A stretch of 64,000 bases of DNA from Candidatus Magasanikiibacteriota bacterium (GTDB lineage Bacteria > Patescibacteriota > Patescibacteriia > Magasanikbacterales > GWA2-37-8): the NCBI GenBank assembly GCA_963802255.1, contig CAWDHY010000002.1, positions 83,984 through 147,983 of the forward strand, in the 5' to 3' direction. The position numbers and the translations under genes were made by a program. Positions 19,907 to 29,510 of the stretch are shown piece by piece (within the stretch, counting starts at the first letter, position 1; every line of letters begins with the position of its first letter). The notes beneath the pieces are model-generated. The model saw only the letters and a list, made by a program, of their open reading frames with translations, was not told where the DNA came from and searched no databases.

Positions 19907-22900
19907 CTATTGCCGGCCGGACTGACTTCCGCCTCTTAACACATCCATGGCTATTTTATACTCTGCTGTTGTTTCATCGTTTGAGCCCATCATATAAGAA
20001 TTACTCTTATACAAATGATCAACATCCGCCAGGGCGTTTGCTTCTTGCGGTGTATCTAATATACCAACGACACCTTCAATTTTGTAATGAATCTTTTCGC
20101 CGTCATACAAATACTCAACATTGTTATATGAAGTACGCACACCCGGCTCCAATGTTTCCCGTAAAGCAGTCATTCTTTCATAAAAATTTCCACCCTTTTC
20201 AAAAAATCTGTTAAAACCAATTGACTTGTGCTCGGTTTCACTTAACACATCTTCTTGTTGTGGCGCAATTTTAGACGCTCCCGCCGTTACTTCTTCTTTC
20301 GCTATTTGCGACTGGGCCCTCCTTACTATTTCTTCATATGTTTTTGGTTCATCCTGTCCCGATGCTTCAGTAGCAGACGAAACGGCCGTCGTTGTTTCGG
20401 CTACTGCAATCGGTTTATCATAACCTACCTCGTCCAAAAATTTCTTTTCAAACATTTCATCCGGGTGCGCTCCGGCTGACTGACTGGCATCACGTATTGA
20501 AGCGTGCAAACTGTTTAATATTGCCTGACGCTCATCAATATCACTTGTCTGTTTCAACGCTTCATTAAAAACACTGACTCTGACTAACTCATTCTTCATT
20601 ACCCAGTCATCTATTTTTGTACCCCAGTTGAAACCAACATTTACCTTTATTGTTCCACTATCCTCATCAATATAATCCGGTATAAAATCTTTTTTTACAA
20701 TGCCGTTGTGTGACAAATTAACATCATATTCTTCATAAAGCCGCTGAGTAGCCGGAGATACATTTAATTTGTTAGCCCACAATCCGGTATTTTCTTGATC
20801 GAAACCAATTCTTACACCATCGTAAACTACTATTTCCGGCTTTCCCCCCACCCATTCTGTCACATCAACCCGATGAATTTTACTTCCATCCGACAATTCA
20901 TACACCGGTCCGCGTTCTCTAGCCTGCATTCTATAAGCCATAGCATCATCATAATCTTCATTTCTCACCAACCTTTCATATTCCGCCTGTTCAGCGTCAG
21001 TCATAAATATCGGCTGACCGGTTTTGGCGTCAATCAGTTCCTGCACCGGGTCTACTTTGTCTCCGGTTTCGGCAACAGATTCCTCAGCCAATTCAGCCGG
21101 CGGTTTGGGAATTTCTCTGTATAATCTACCGCCCACATCAACACTACCATCTTTATGCAATACAAGAAACTGCGGACGGTCTTCATGAAATACAAAATAT
21201 TTATCAGCTAAGCCCTGCTGTTGAGCAATTACGCTTGCTTCATGGCCGGCCCAGCGTTGAATTGACTGTTGATCATTAAGGTCACCTTCGTAACCAAAGG
21301 CTTCAGGGTTAATTTTTAATTGCCTTTGAAGCACTCTCTCCAGCCCGTCTCCTTTATGAATTTGCGTTGATTCAAATATCTCTTGTGGCGAATGGCCGTT
21401 CATAATGGCCTGAGAAAATTCCGTTATTGCTTCCGGCCGTCCGTTTGCCAGAGCAAGCACATTGTCCATGGCTGATATTTCTTCCGGTGTAATTCCTCCT
21501 TCGGCCAGCTGCTGAAGAGCCATTAAACTTACACCGGCTCCTTCAAGCTGCCCAAATTTTGTGACCGCCTGATTCAACTGGTCCGGATCCATTTCCGCTG
21601 ATTCCAAATGAAATTTTTGTAAAATAGCCATTTCCGGAGAAATTCCATGTCCGCCACTTTCCGCTGACACGATATGCTCTTCCATTACAGGCGCATGAGT
21701 GGCTTCACCTCCAAAACGACTTGAAATTGTATCTATCGGGTGGGAATAAAACTGTATTGTTCTCTCGGCATTTGTAATAAAATCGTCTTTGATGGCACAA
21801 GTTATACCCTGCTGCTCAATTTTACTGATAAACGCTTGAAGTGTATCAGCCGGAGACATCGAATCTGTAAGCGCCAAGCCGTATATGCCAAATCCTCTGG
21901 CAACAGTTCCAACAGCACGCATAAAATCGATTACCCTGCCCGTACCTTTTGTTTCCTTTTTTGCGCCCATAAATACCAGACTGCGGGCAGTTTCAACAGC
22001 CGCATTAACCGTTAAATCCTTTAGTACATACCCGGCTTTTGACTCCGGTGACGTCTCTTCTTCAGAGGTTCGGCCGGATTTTTTCTTTTCAAATTCCCGT
22101 TCGGATTTGAGCATCCGCTCACCCACTGACATAGCCGCATAAACCGCTCCACGTACCATAGACATCCCGGTAGCGGTTAGAGCAGTATTTAATAAATCCT
22201 TTGCCAGTGTCATGCCGGATACCTTATTTTTCATGTAAACCTTAAGAAGCGATTCAACTTTTTTATCGCGATCCTTTTCCGCGTCTTTGGCGGACGAAGA
22301 ATATTCCGTGGCAATACGCTGTAAATTTTTTAATATCGCCGCTTTATCTTTTGCGTCAATATGGGTTGAATTATCAATTTTTTCTTTCAGAGCGCCTATT
22401 TTCTCCTCAATTTGCCCGTTAGTATCAAAAACTTCTTTCATTACTTCACCAATACTTCCCTTTTCAGCTTTCATTTCACGTGCGCTAAGGCGCATTTTAT
22501 GAATATCGCCAAAGCCAAATTCCTTTTTGAATGCTCCTGTTAAGGCACCAACCATATCAGTAGCGGTTTTTATACCGAACACCGAGGTAACCGTTTTATA
22601 TGCGACGTCAACGGCAATTTTACCGGTTTCCTTATTGGCCACAATACCAATTTTTTCTTTTGTCCTTTGCCACCACGATTTTTTTACCTCTTCTTCCGGC
22701 TCTAAAACCTGCCCGCCTTCTTTTTCTGCCGTTGTTCCGGTTCGATTTGCCTCCGTATCATTTCTCCACGGCGTTGCTTTTGGGTCAGCCATCAACCATT
22801 CATAGGCGACATTCATTTCATATAAACGGTATTCAAATATGTCAAGCGACTCCTGAATAAAATGTCCGGGAGTTTTCTGATTAACCATTTTTTTCTTTTC

Positions 22901-24418
22901 CGCTTTTATTACGGCCGGACTAATTATTTTTTCGGCGACGATTTTCTTCTCCTGAGCAAATTTAGCCTTAATTTTTTTTAAATCTTTGGAAAACTCTTCA
23001 AAAAATCGTGGATACTTTTCCTTTACCGATTCTATTTTTTTCTGATAACCAGCAATTATCGTTTCCACCCTTTGCACATATGCTTCCATTTGCGTTTCAT
23101 ACGATTCTTCAACATTGTCCGGTTCATTAATTATTTTTTCTTTCTTACTTCCCTCGCTTTCTCCCCCCGCTTCCCCATTCCCGCTTTCTTCCCCCGATTC
23201 CCCATTCCCGCTTTCTCCTTTATTATCATCAGACACTGCTGCCACCGGCTTCTCTGATTCTTTCTCAGGATTCCATTCTTCAAATTCTTTAACTGTGACG
23301 GTTTTAACCAAAAAGTGATCACGGACTGGATCGACAATTTTTCGCACAATAATATCAAGGCCATCCGGAGTGCGCTCTACAATTTCCCAACCATCTTCCA
23401 TCTCACCTGAAGATCGTTTTATTTTTATATATTGCTTTTTATCATTCTCCGGGGTCTTAGAAGGTTCATTAACAGCCGACTCTTCAATAGCATTAGCCTG
23501 AGAAATTAACGGTTTGTTGATTTCTTTTTGTTCAGCTTTCTTTTTTCTTTTCTCTTTTTTATTAATTATTTCTTTATCCTCTTTTTTTACGACTTCTTCT
23601 TTAATCTCCGGAGAGGATTCAATTTTTAGCGCTTCTCCTTCGAGTGCAAACAGATGTTCTAACTTTTTTAACTTTTCATATCGCGGACCCCACTTCATTT
23701 TATGAGCTGATGATTTATCCTTAAACAATTCGGCAAAACTTAAATGCTGTCTGAGTTTAGTCAAAACATTATTTATTGCCAACTGTTCTCTCTCTTCACT
23801 AAATAATTTTTCACCGCTTAAGATTCTTGATAGTACGCCCTTCTCGGCGTCATCACCGGCCTCCGGTCTGTCAGAGAGCAGCTCTTGCGTATAATAATCA
23901 TAGATTGTCTGAAGGTCCTGCCTAGAAATTTCATTTTCAGGTTTCTTCTTTTCTTTCTTTATACTTTCGTCTAATAACGATTTTTCATTTAATACACTGT
24001 CAATTTCTTCTTTTAATTGACTAAACCTTTCTCTAACATTGCTCATTTTTTGCTTCCATTCGTCAATTCTCGTTTGAAAATGCTGGATTTCGATATTGCC
24101 AGACTCATCTTCAGCGTGTGCACCTACTGACTGAATTTCTTTTAATAACCTATCTAAAACTTCTTGCTGTTCCTTGAGACCGCTTATCCGATTTTCTTCA
24201 ATTACCCTCTGATATTGATCAATCTGTTTTTCCAGTTCATCGGCTGTAGCATAAGCTTCCCGCGACAATGAGCGCGCTTCCTGCCTCTTCTGGCCGCTTT
24301 CGCTTGTATCCAGATCTAATAACGCGTTTTCAATACTCGCTTGAACGTCAGAATCACCGGGCGCATTACCACCCTCTGCATCAGAAAATTTATTGACTCT
24401 TCCGCGTTTGTGCGCCAT
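19907..24418 (-). CDS. Large (~1500 aa) hypothetical protein with coiled-coil, hydrophobic helical and LysM-like segments
   Basis: Long uninterrupted ORF; likely start MAHKRG at 24418. Confidence 0.85.
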   Translation of the reverse strand: MAHKRGRVNKFSDAEGGNAPGDSDVQASIENALLDLDTSESGQKRQEARSLSREAYATADELEKQIDQYQRVIEENRISGLKEQQEVLDRLLKEIQSVGAHAEDESGNIEIQHFQTRIDEWKQKMSNVRERFSQLKEEIDSVLNEKSLLDESIKKEKKKPENEISRQDLQTIYDYYTQELLSDRPEAGDDAEKGVLSRILSGEKLFSEEREQLAINNVLTKLRQHLSFAELFKDKSSAHKMKWGPRYEKLKKLEHLFALEGEALKIESSPEIKEEVVKKEDKEIINKKEKRKKKAEQKEINKPLISQANAIEESAVNEPSKTPENDKKQYIKIKRSSGEMEDGWEIVERTPDGLDIIVRKIVDPVRDHFLVKTVTVKEFEEWNPEKESEKPVAAVSDDNKGESGNGESGEESGNGEAGGESEGSKKEKIINEPDNVEESYETQMEAYVQRVETIIAGYQKKIESVKEKYPRFFEEFSKDLKKIKAKFAQEKKIVAEKIISPAVIKAEKKKMVNQKTPGHFIQESLDIFEYRLYEMNVAYEWLMADPKATPWRNDTEANRTGTTAEKEGGQVLEPEEEVKKSWWQRTKEKIGIVANKETGKIAVDVAYKTVTSVFGIKTATDMVGALTGAFKKEFGFGDIHKMRLSAREMKAEKGSIGEVMKEVFDTNGQIEEKIGALKEKIDNSTHIDAKDKAAILKNLQRIATEYSSSAKDAEKDRDKKVESLLKVYMKNKVSGMTLAKDLLNTALTATGMSMVRGAVYAAMSVGERMLKSEREFEKKKSGRTSEEETSPESKAGYVLKDLTVNAAVETARSLVFMGAKKETKGTGRVIDFMRAVGTVARGFGIYGLALTDSMSPADTLQAFISKIEQQGITCAIKDDFITNAERTIQFYSHPIDTISSRFGGEATHAPVMEEHIVSAESGGHGISPEMAILQKFHLESAEMDPDQLNQAVTKFGQLEGAGVSLMALQQLAEGGITPEEISAMDNVLALANGRPEAITEFSQAIMNGHSPQEIFESTQIHKGDGLERVLQRQLKINPEAFGYEGDLNDQQSIQRWAGHEASVIAQQQGLADKYFVFHEDRPQFLVLHKDGSVDVGGRLYREIPKPPAELAEESVAETGDKVDPVQELIDAKTGQPIFMTDAEQAEYERLVRNEDYDDAMAYRMQARERGPVYELSDGSKIHRVDVTEWVGGKPEIVVYDGVRIGFDQENTGLWANKLNVSPATQRLYEEYDVNLSHNGIVKKDFIPDYIDEDSGTIKVNVGFNWGTKIDDWVMKNELVRVSVFNEALKQTSDIDERQAILNSLHASIRDASQSAGAHPDEMFEKKFLDEVGYDKPIAVAETTTAVSSATEASGQDEPKTYEEIVRRAQSQIAKEEVTAGASKIAPQQEDVLSETEHKSIGFNRFFEKGGNFYERMTALRETLEPGVRTSYNNVEYLYDGEKIHYKIEGVVGILDTPQEANALADVDHLYKSNSYMMGSNDETTAEYKIAMDVLRGGSQSGRQ
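23171..23216. repeat. Intragenic direct repeat, 27-bp period (ESGNGE linker)
   Basis: TTCCCCATTCCCGCTTTCT at 23171 and 23198. Confidence 0.8.
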
Positions 24419-24425
24419 ATTAAAA

Positions 24426-24608
24426 TTAATTAATTTTTTCAATTATTTTTGAAATATTCCGCAATTTTGTCTCATCTAAAAAACGAGTTATATCTCGGCG
24501 GATATCCCCTCCTTCATGTGCGAGCGCCAACAACTCACCATCCACTTCATTGATTAAATAGCGCAATCGTTCTAAACGCTCCCGGTATTTTGTATTTTTT
24601 TCCTCCAT
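24426..24608 (-). CDS. Small helical hypothetical protein
   Basis: Tightly packed in operon with host-like start context. Confidence 0.7.
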   Translation of the reverse strand: MEEKNTKYRERLERLRYLINEVDGELLALAHEGGDIRRDITRFLDETKLRNISKIIEKIN

Positions 24609-24615
24609 AAATTAT

Positions 24616-24948
24616 TTATTCCGGGCTACTGACTCTTTTGTCTAAATCTTCTAAATCATTGAGTGCTTTTTTTTGTATATCTGCCATATCGGCGCTGTAT
24701 TTTTCCGCCACATCCGTCAACCCCTGCTGAAGCGCATTGTCCGCTTGCCTTCCGGAATGTGCAAGATAATTTGTTTCCATTGCTGAAAGTAACACACCAA
24801 GCTGACTGGTGCTCATCTCCGGCAATAATTTAAGAATTTGTTCCTTTTCTTCATCAGGTAAATTTAGAGCGGCGATAAGAAATCCGATTCTTTTTCCCTT
24901 TTCAACAGCCGCTTTCTGGTCATTGTTTAATTTAATTTCTTGAACCAT
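24616..24948 (-). CDS. Small helical hypothetical protein
   Basis: Tightly packed in operon with host-like start context. Confidence 0.75.
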   Translation of the reverse strand: MVQEIKLNNDQKAAVEKGKRIGFLIAALNLPDEEKEQILKLLPEMSTSQLGVLLSAMETNYLAHSGRQADNALQQGLTDVAEKYSADMADIQKKALNDLEDLDKRVSSPE

Positions 24949-24982
24949 ATATTAATTTCTTTTAAAAAACAATTCCTGATAA

Positions 24983-26737
24983 TTAAAAATCAATAGTAAA
25001 TATATTTATTGGCTCTGCCCGCCCTTTTACCTGCGCACTACCAAGCGACCGCCAGTTATAATCACCCGTCGCCCTGTTTTTAACAATTTCACCGACGATA
25101 ATTTTTGTTTTATATTCTTTATTTAGTCCTTCAAGGCGAGAGGCTACATTAACCGTATCACCCATAACCGTATAATTTAATCTCAATTCGGAACCCATAT
25201 TGCCTACCACCGCCGGACCGGTATATAGTCCGATGCCAATATTGATAGGATCTTTGCCTTCTTTGGCAAATTCAGCATTCAATTCTTCCAGTTTTTTGAG
25301 CATGGTCACAGATGCCTGCAGGGCATGGTCTACCTGGTCGGGGTCGTCGATTGGCGCTCCCCAAAAAGCCATTATCGCATCACCGATATATTTATCCAAT
25401 ACGCCCTTGTGCTCCAAAACTTGCTCAGTCATGGCAGTGAAATAACGGTTTAAAATCTGCACCAATTTAACCGGGGGTGTCTTTTCCGACAATGTGGTGA
25501 AACTTCGGATATCGGAAAAGAAAACCGTAATCTCTTTTTCTTCTCCGCCCAGTCTCACCTTTGACGGGTCATCAACAATCTTTTTCACAACCTCCTTGGA
25601 AACATAGCGGGAAAAAATATCTTTTAATTGATGTTTTTCTTTTTCTCCGACAAAATAGCGATAGCCGAATAACGCAATAACTGAAAAGACCCAGGCTAAG
25701 GTCAGATGAATAATGTTTGCGGCCAAACCATTTTGGAATAAATAAATTACTATAAAAATTTGAGCGATGCCGATAAAAAAACTGGCCACTACCGCCCAGC
25801 GCAGACGACGAAAAAAACCGAAAAATAAAGCGGGTAAAAACGCCGCAAAAATTATCCATAAAGCATTATATGCTTTTGGCATCGGTGCAATGCGATATCC
25901 CTTGAGAATCATATTCGCAATATTTGCCTGCAATTCTACCCCGGGCATGTCATTTTCGCGACCAAAAGGGACAATTCTATTATCATGCAGGTCGGGCGCA
26001 GTCACCCCGAGAAAAACAATTTTATCTTTAACCAAATCTCCGGCTCCCTCTTCCATTAAACGCCAAAAAGGAATCATCCGTACTGACCCGGCGGGTGCGG
26101 CGAAAACAATTTTATTCACCAAATTTAACGTTGCCGCCTGCGGAATATCGGACCCGCTTTGTGCGACGGTTTCATACGCAATTGATTTATATATTTTTCC
26201 GCTTTGCCGACCGCGCACTTCCAGGGGAAATTTTCTGGCCACGCCATCTTTATCCACTATTATATTTACCTGTCCAAGCGATACACGCGGCGCGTTTAAA
26301 AGAACCCCAAGTGGTTCAATAAAAAAATCAGCCATCGGCAAATCTTCTTTTGAAAGAAAAAGATTATTTGCTTCCACTGAAAGAACCACCGGAAAATCTA
26401 TTTTTTCCAACTGGTCGCCGAGCAGAGCATCATCTTTTTCTCCATATCGCGACGGTTCTGCAAATAAAATATCAAAACCCATGGCGCGCGGAGGTGATTC
26501 GTTGATTTTTTGTAATGCTTCGGCAAAAACACTGCGTGGCCATGGCCATTGACCAATTTTCTGAAGCGACTCATTGTCTATGGCAATAATAACGAGACGG
26601 CTATCAATTTGCTTGTTCGAAAACAACAGATCTTCAAAAAAGTTTTCTGGCCCCGAAAAAATGCCGCGCCAAAAAAACCAGGCAAATAAAACCCCGACAA
26701 TTAAGCCAATCGGCGCGTAAAAATATTTCACTCTCAT
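24983..26737 (-). CDS. CHASE2-domain class III adenylate cyclase
   Basis: IGQWPWPRS and MPGVE (CHASE2), 3 TMs, FSDIRSFT, DKYIGDA, YTVMGDTVNVASRLE. Confidence 0.93.
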   Translation of the reverse strand: MRVKYFYAPIGLIVGVLFAWFFWRGIFSGPENFFEDLLFSNKQIDSRLVIIAIDNESLQKIGQWPWPRSVFAEALQKINESPPRAMGFDILFAEPSRYGEKDDALLGDQLEKIDFPVVLSVEANNLFLSKEDLPMADFFIEPLGVLLNAPRVSLGQVNIIVDKDGVARKFPLEVRGRQSGKIYKSIAYETVAQSGSDIPQAATLNLVNKIVFAAPAGSVRMIPFWRLMEEGAGDLVKDKIVFLGVTAPDLHDNRIVPFGRENDMPGVELQANIANMILKGYRIAPMPKAYNALWIIFAAFLPALFFGFFRRLRWAVVASFFIGIAQIFIVIYLFQNGLAANIIHLTLAWVFSVIALFGYRYFVGEKEKHQLKDIFSRYVSKEVVKKIVDDPSKVRLGGEEKEITVFFSDIRSFTTLSEKTPPVKLVQILNRYFTAMTEQVLEHKGVLDKYIGDAIMAFWGAPIDDPDQVDHALQASVTMLKKLEELNAEFAKEGKDPINIGIGLYTGPAVVGNMGSELRLNYTVMGDTVNVASRLEGLNKEYKTKIIVGEIVKNRATGDYNWRSLGSAQVKGRAEPINIFTIDF

Positions 26738-26739
26738 AA

Positions 26740-27900
26740 TTACCTCAGTAAAATAATTGGCAATGTAAGCGTGGTGGTGACCGACTGAATGACCGGAGCA
26801 GCTGCGCCAACAATTGGCGACAGAGTGGCGCCTGACACATCGGGTGAGGTAGTTTCAGTGTCAATTAGCGCTGCCGCTTCATCATCTAATAACGGGGATG
26901 ATGTTTGAATATCAGTAGGCGCTGTAGGTCCTGGCTCTACCAGCGGCGAACTGGTATTTGACTGTGTAATATTATTTAAAGAAGGATTAATCACACGCGG
27001 CAACATTCCTGATTGGCGCAATTTAAGCAATAACAACCGACGACGCTCTATCAGATCCAGCCGTATAATTCTTTTTATTTCAATATTTTCAACTCCTTTT
27101 TCGCGTAGCGCTTCAATTTTCCTATTCAACAGTTGATCAGCCGCCATTGCCCTTTTAACCCAGAGACGCAACGTGATATCATCTCCGGCGGCATCACGAA
27201 CTATTCCCTCCAGCATCACGCGGCGTAATCGCAAATCTGCCAATGTCTGTTTTTTTATAGATAATATTTTTTTAGCGGTAACCGGCGCACGCCCGAGTGA
27301 TTCACCGGTTGATTCATCTAACGCTTCAACTTCGACTGTATTTTCAGAACCGATTATTTGAGTTTCTTCATCGTTGTATTCCATACCAAAAGCCGTGCCT
27401 CGAACAGAAGCGACCGCGTTGTTCGTTTTAACTTCCCAATATGATTCTGGTGTAGCAAGTTCAATTATCTTTGACCAAACACGACCGGCAGCAAGCTGAA
27501 TTTTTACTTTCAAAGAATCGCTATCTTCAATGTAATCAGCCTGCTCAAATGTAATTTCAGAATCTGAATCAAGCTGAACCGAAGAACCATCCGGCATGTG
27601 GATATCCGCCAAACCTGTTGAGTCCGTTGAGATAACACTTCCATTAGAAATTTCATCGCCGGTCTGCAATTCTTGCCAGCCGTCTTCAGCTTTTATCCTG
27701 ACCTTTCCGTTTATTACTTCTATCCAGGGACGAGCAGTCGATTCATCGGTGAATATATCAACATTTTCTTCATTGTTCTGTGACAAAGACTGCTCTCCAT
27801 TAGCAATTTTTTCAGCCGGCTTCCTATATTGATCGGCCAGATAGAGAAACCCGAAAACCACAGCTGCCACGACAATAATCCCGTATATATATTTTGACAT
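26740..27900 (-). CDS. FecR-domain membrane-anchored protein
   Basis: N-terminal TM, DGSSVQLDSDS, GRVWSKI, VKTNNAVASVRGTAF. Confidence 0.85.
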   Translation of the reverse strand: MSKYIYGIIVVAAVVFGFLYLADQYRKPAEKIANGEQSLSQNNEENVDIFTDESTARPWIEVINGKVRIKAEDGWQELQTGDEISNGSVISTDSTGLADIHMPDGSSVQLDSDSEITFEQADYIEDSDSLKVKIQLAAGRVWSKIIELATPESYWEVKTNNAVASVRGTAFGMEYNDEETQIIGSENTVEVEALDESTGESLGRAPVTAKKILSIKKQTLADLRLRRVMLEGIVRDAAGDDITLRLWVKRAMAADQLLNRKIEALREKGVENIEIKRIIRLDLIERRRLLLLKLRQSGMLPRVINPSLNNITQSNTSSPLVEPGPTAPTDIQTSSPLLDDEAAALIDTETTSPDVSGATLSPIVGAAAPVIQSVTTTLTLPIILLR

Positions 27901-27993
27901 ATAATCTTATTTATTAATGCTTACATTATACCAGAAATGGCATTTTTTTCAAGCTATGTATCCGTACAAAAAATACTTAAAATATATAAATAA

Positions 27994-28022
27994 TTGACGA
28001 ATAATAACAATTATGATATAAA
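27994..28022 (+). promoter_or_regulatory. Sigma70-type promoter
   Basis: TTGACG, 17 bp, TATAAA with upstream TG. Confidence 0.5.
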
Positions 28023-28090
28023 CATTTTTACACGCATTTTTCAAAGTTACAAATGCGCCAAATGGCGCCAACACAATTAGGGGGTATCCG

Positions 28091-28309
28091 ATGAAAAGAA
28101 AAAGACAGAGTAATGAACCGGAAAATGTCACCAACTTGTTTGATGACATGAGTGAGGAAGAAGGCAGAGAAGACGACGAGCACGATGGAAGGGACCCAGA
28201 GTACCAAGACGATTGCGAAGTCAATCTCGAGGACGAAATTCCAGATGCCAACTGGGACGAATGGGGAGAGGAAGACCCGTCGGCATATGACGACGGACCC
28301 CTCTATTGA
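28091..28309 (+). CDS. Small, highly acidic hypothetical protein
   Basis: G-rich SD-like AGGGGG upstream; has its own promoter and terminator. Confidence 0.55.
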   Translation: MKRKRQSNEPENVTNLFDDMSEEEGREDDEHDGRDPEYQDDCEVNLEDEIPDANWDEWGEEDPSAYDDGPLY

Positions 28310-28388
28310 GGGTAAAGCTCCGGTATCTCTCATCCTCGTATACACTTTTTCGGTCAAAACCGATTCACAAAATAATCCGCTCTTTATC

Positions 28389-28419
28389 AGCCCCCAAATC
28401 TCCCTGGGGGCTTTTCTTA
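28389..28419 (+). terminator. Intrinsic terminator
   Basis: AGCCCCCA/TGGGGGCT followed by TTTCTT. Confidence 0.6.
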
Positions 28420-28505
28420 TTCAAAAATTAGTCGCTATAACAAAAATATGGACAAAATGGTAAAAATGTGCTATAATATGGGGATAATTTACAAAAATCA
28501 TATTT

Positions 28506-29510
28506 ATGATAAGACGAATGGAAGGTGGATTTGACGCCCCAAATACGGTAGAAATTAGCAGGACGGCGGCTTTACAGCATGCCGAATATATCATTTCTAA
28601 AAGTGGAAAACTCAAGCCGTCGATGGACGACTTTATGAGGTATATAGCCAATGACCAAAGCGCTAAAAAGAAATTAAAACAAGATAAAGAAAAAACTGAA
28701 CAAAAACAACTGGAATTTTCAAGAAAAAGTTCAACAACGGAAGAAAAGGAAGTTAAAAAAATTAGCGATGCGACAGAAATCGTAATGCTCGAAATAATTG
28801 AAAAATACGGTAGCTTAGGCGACCAGGTCCATGCAACCATGACAAACCCGCATGATGATTTTTTTAATCATACCGACGCTTACGCGGAAATTTTCAAAGA
28901 CACGGAAGAAGGTGAAGAGGGCGACCCGCTGGTTATTGGTTTCGGATTTGATTTTACCACCGGACCAAACGAGGCTATCAGAAAAATCCGGGAAAATATT
29001 AAAAGAATTGAGATGAACCGGAGAGAACGGCCGCATTTAGATTATTTTGTATCTTCAAAGACAGAAATTGACGAGCATGGGCAAGAAGTTCCGTTTCGTG
29101 TCGGACATATGGAAATCGTACCGATAGTAATCGGCCTTGAACATCGCCATGCGAAAGAGCTGAATTTTTTGTATTTCTTGCTCTCAGTAGTTTCGGAAGA
29201 AAAAAAACGACTTAAATCAGGGCCGTTATACCAGGAAAAAAATAACGAATACCAAAAATTAAGAGCTGAAATATTGCGCCATCCGATTCGTCATATGATT
29301 GTCCAGCAAATAAACTGGCAAATGGGCAAATACCGCGAATTATTAGACAGGGACAATGAACTTGACCGGCTATATTGGGACAAAATAGATCAATTGGAAG
29401 ACGTACTCGCAGGCGCGTTGTCCGGACTATCAGCGGTGGAAAAAAAATCTGATTGGGAAAAAGACCATATTCATAACCGCATTAAAGAAGAAACAGCCCG
29501 CTCGTCCTAA
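28506..29510 (+). CDS. Hypothetical protein, possible PD-(D/E)XK-like fold
   Basis: 334-aa ORF with promoter TGGACA-17-TATAAT (28449-28477); DDFFNHTD...GFDFT. Confidence 0.75.
   Translation: MIRRMEGGFDAPNTVEISRTAALQHAEYIISKSGKLKPSMDDFMRYIANDQSAKKKLKQDKEKTEQKQLEFSRKSSTTEEKEVKKISDATEIVMLEIIEKYGSLGDQVHATMTNPHDDFFNHTDAYAEIFKDTEEGEEGDPLVIGFGFDFTTGPNEAIRKIRENIKRIEMNRRERPHLDYFVSSKTEIDEHGQEVPFRVGHMEIVPIVIGLEHRHAKELNFLYFLLSVVSEEKKRLKSGPLYQEKNNEYQKLRAEILRHPIRHMIVQQINWQMGKYRELLDRDNELDRLYWDKIDQLEDVLAGALSGLSAVEKKSDWEKDHIHNRIKEETARSS

Noticed and set aside
9422-26552. Long antisense ORFs (9422-10120, 13311-14000, 25767-26552 and others)
   Set aside because: Shadows of well-supported genes on the other strand, with no motifs of their own.
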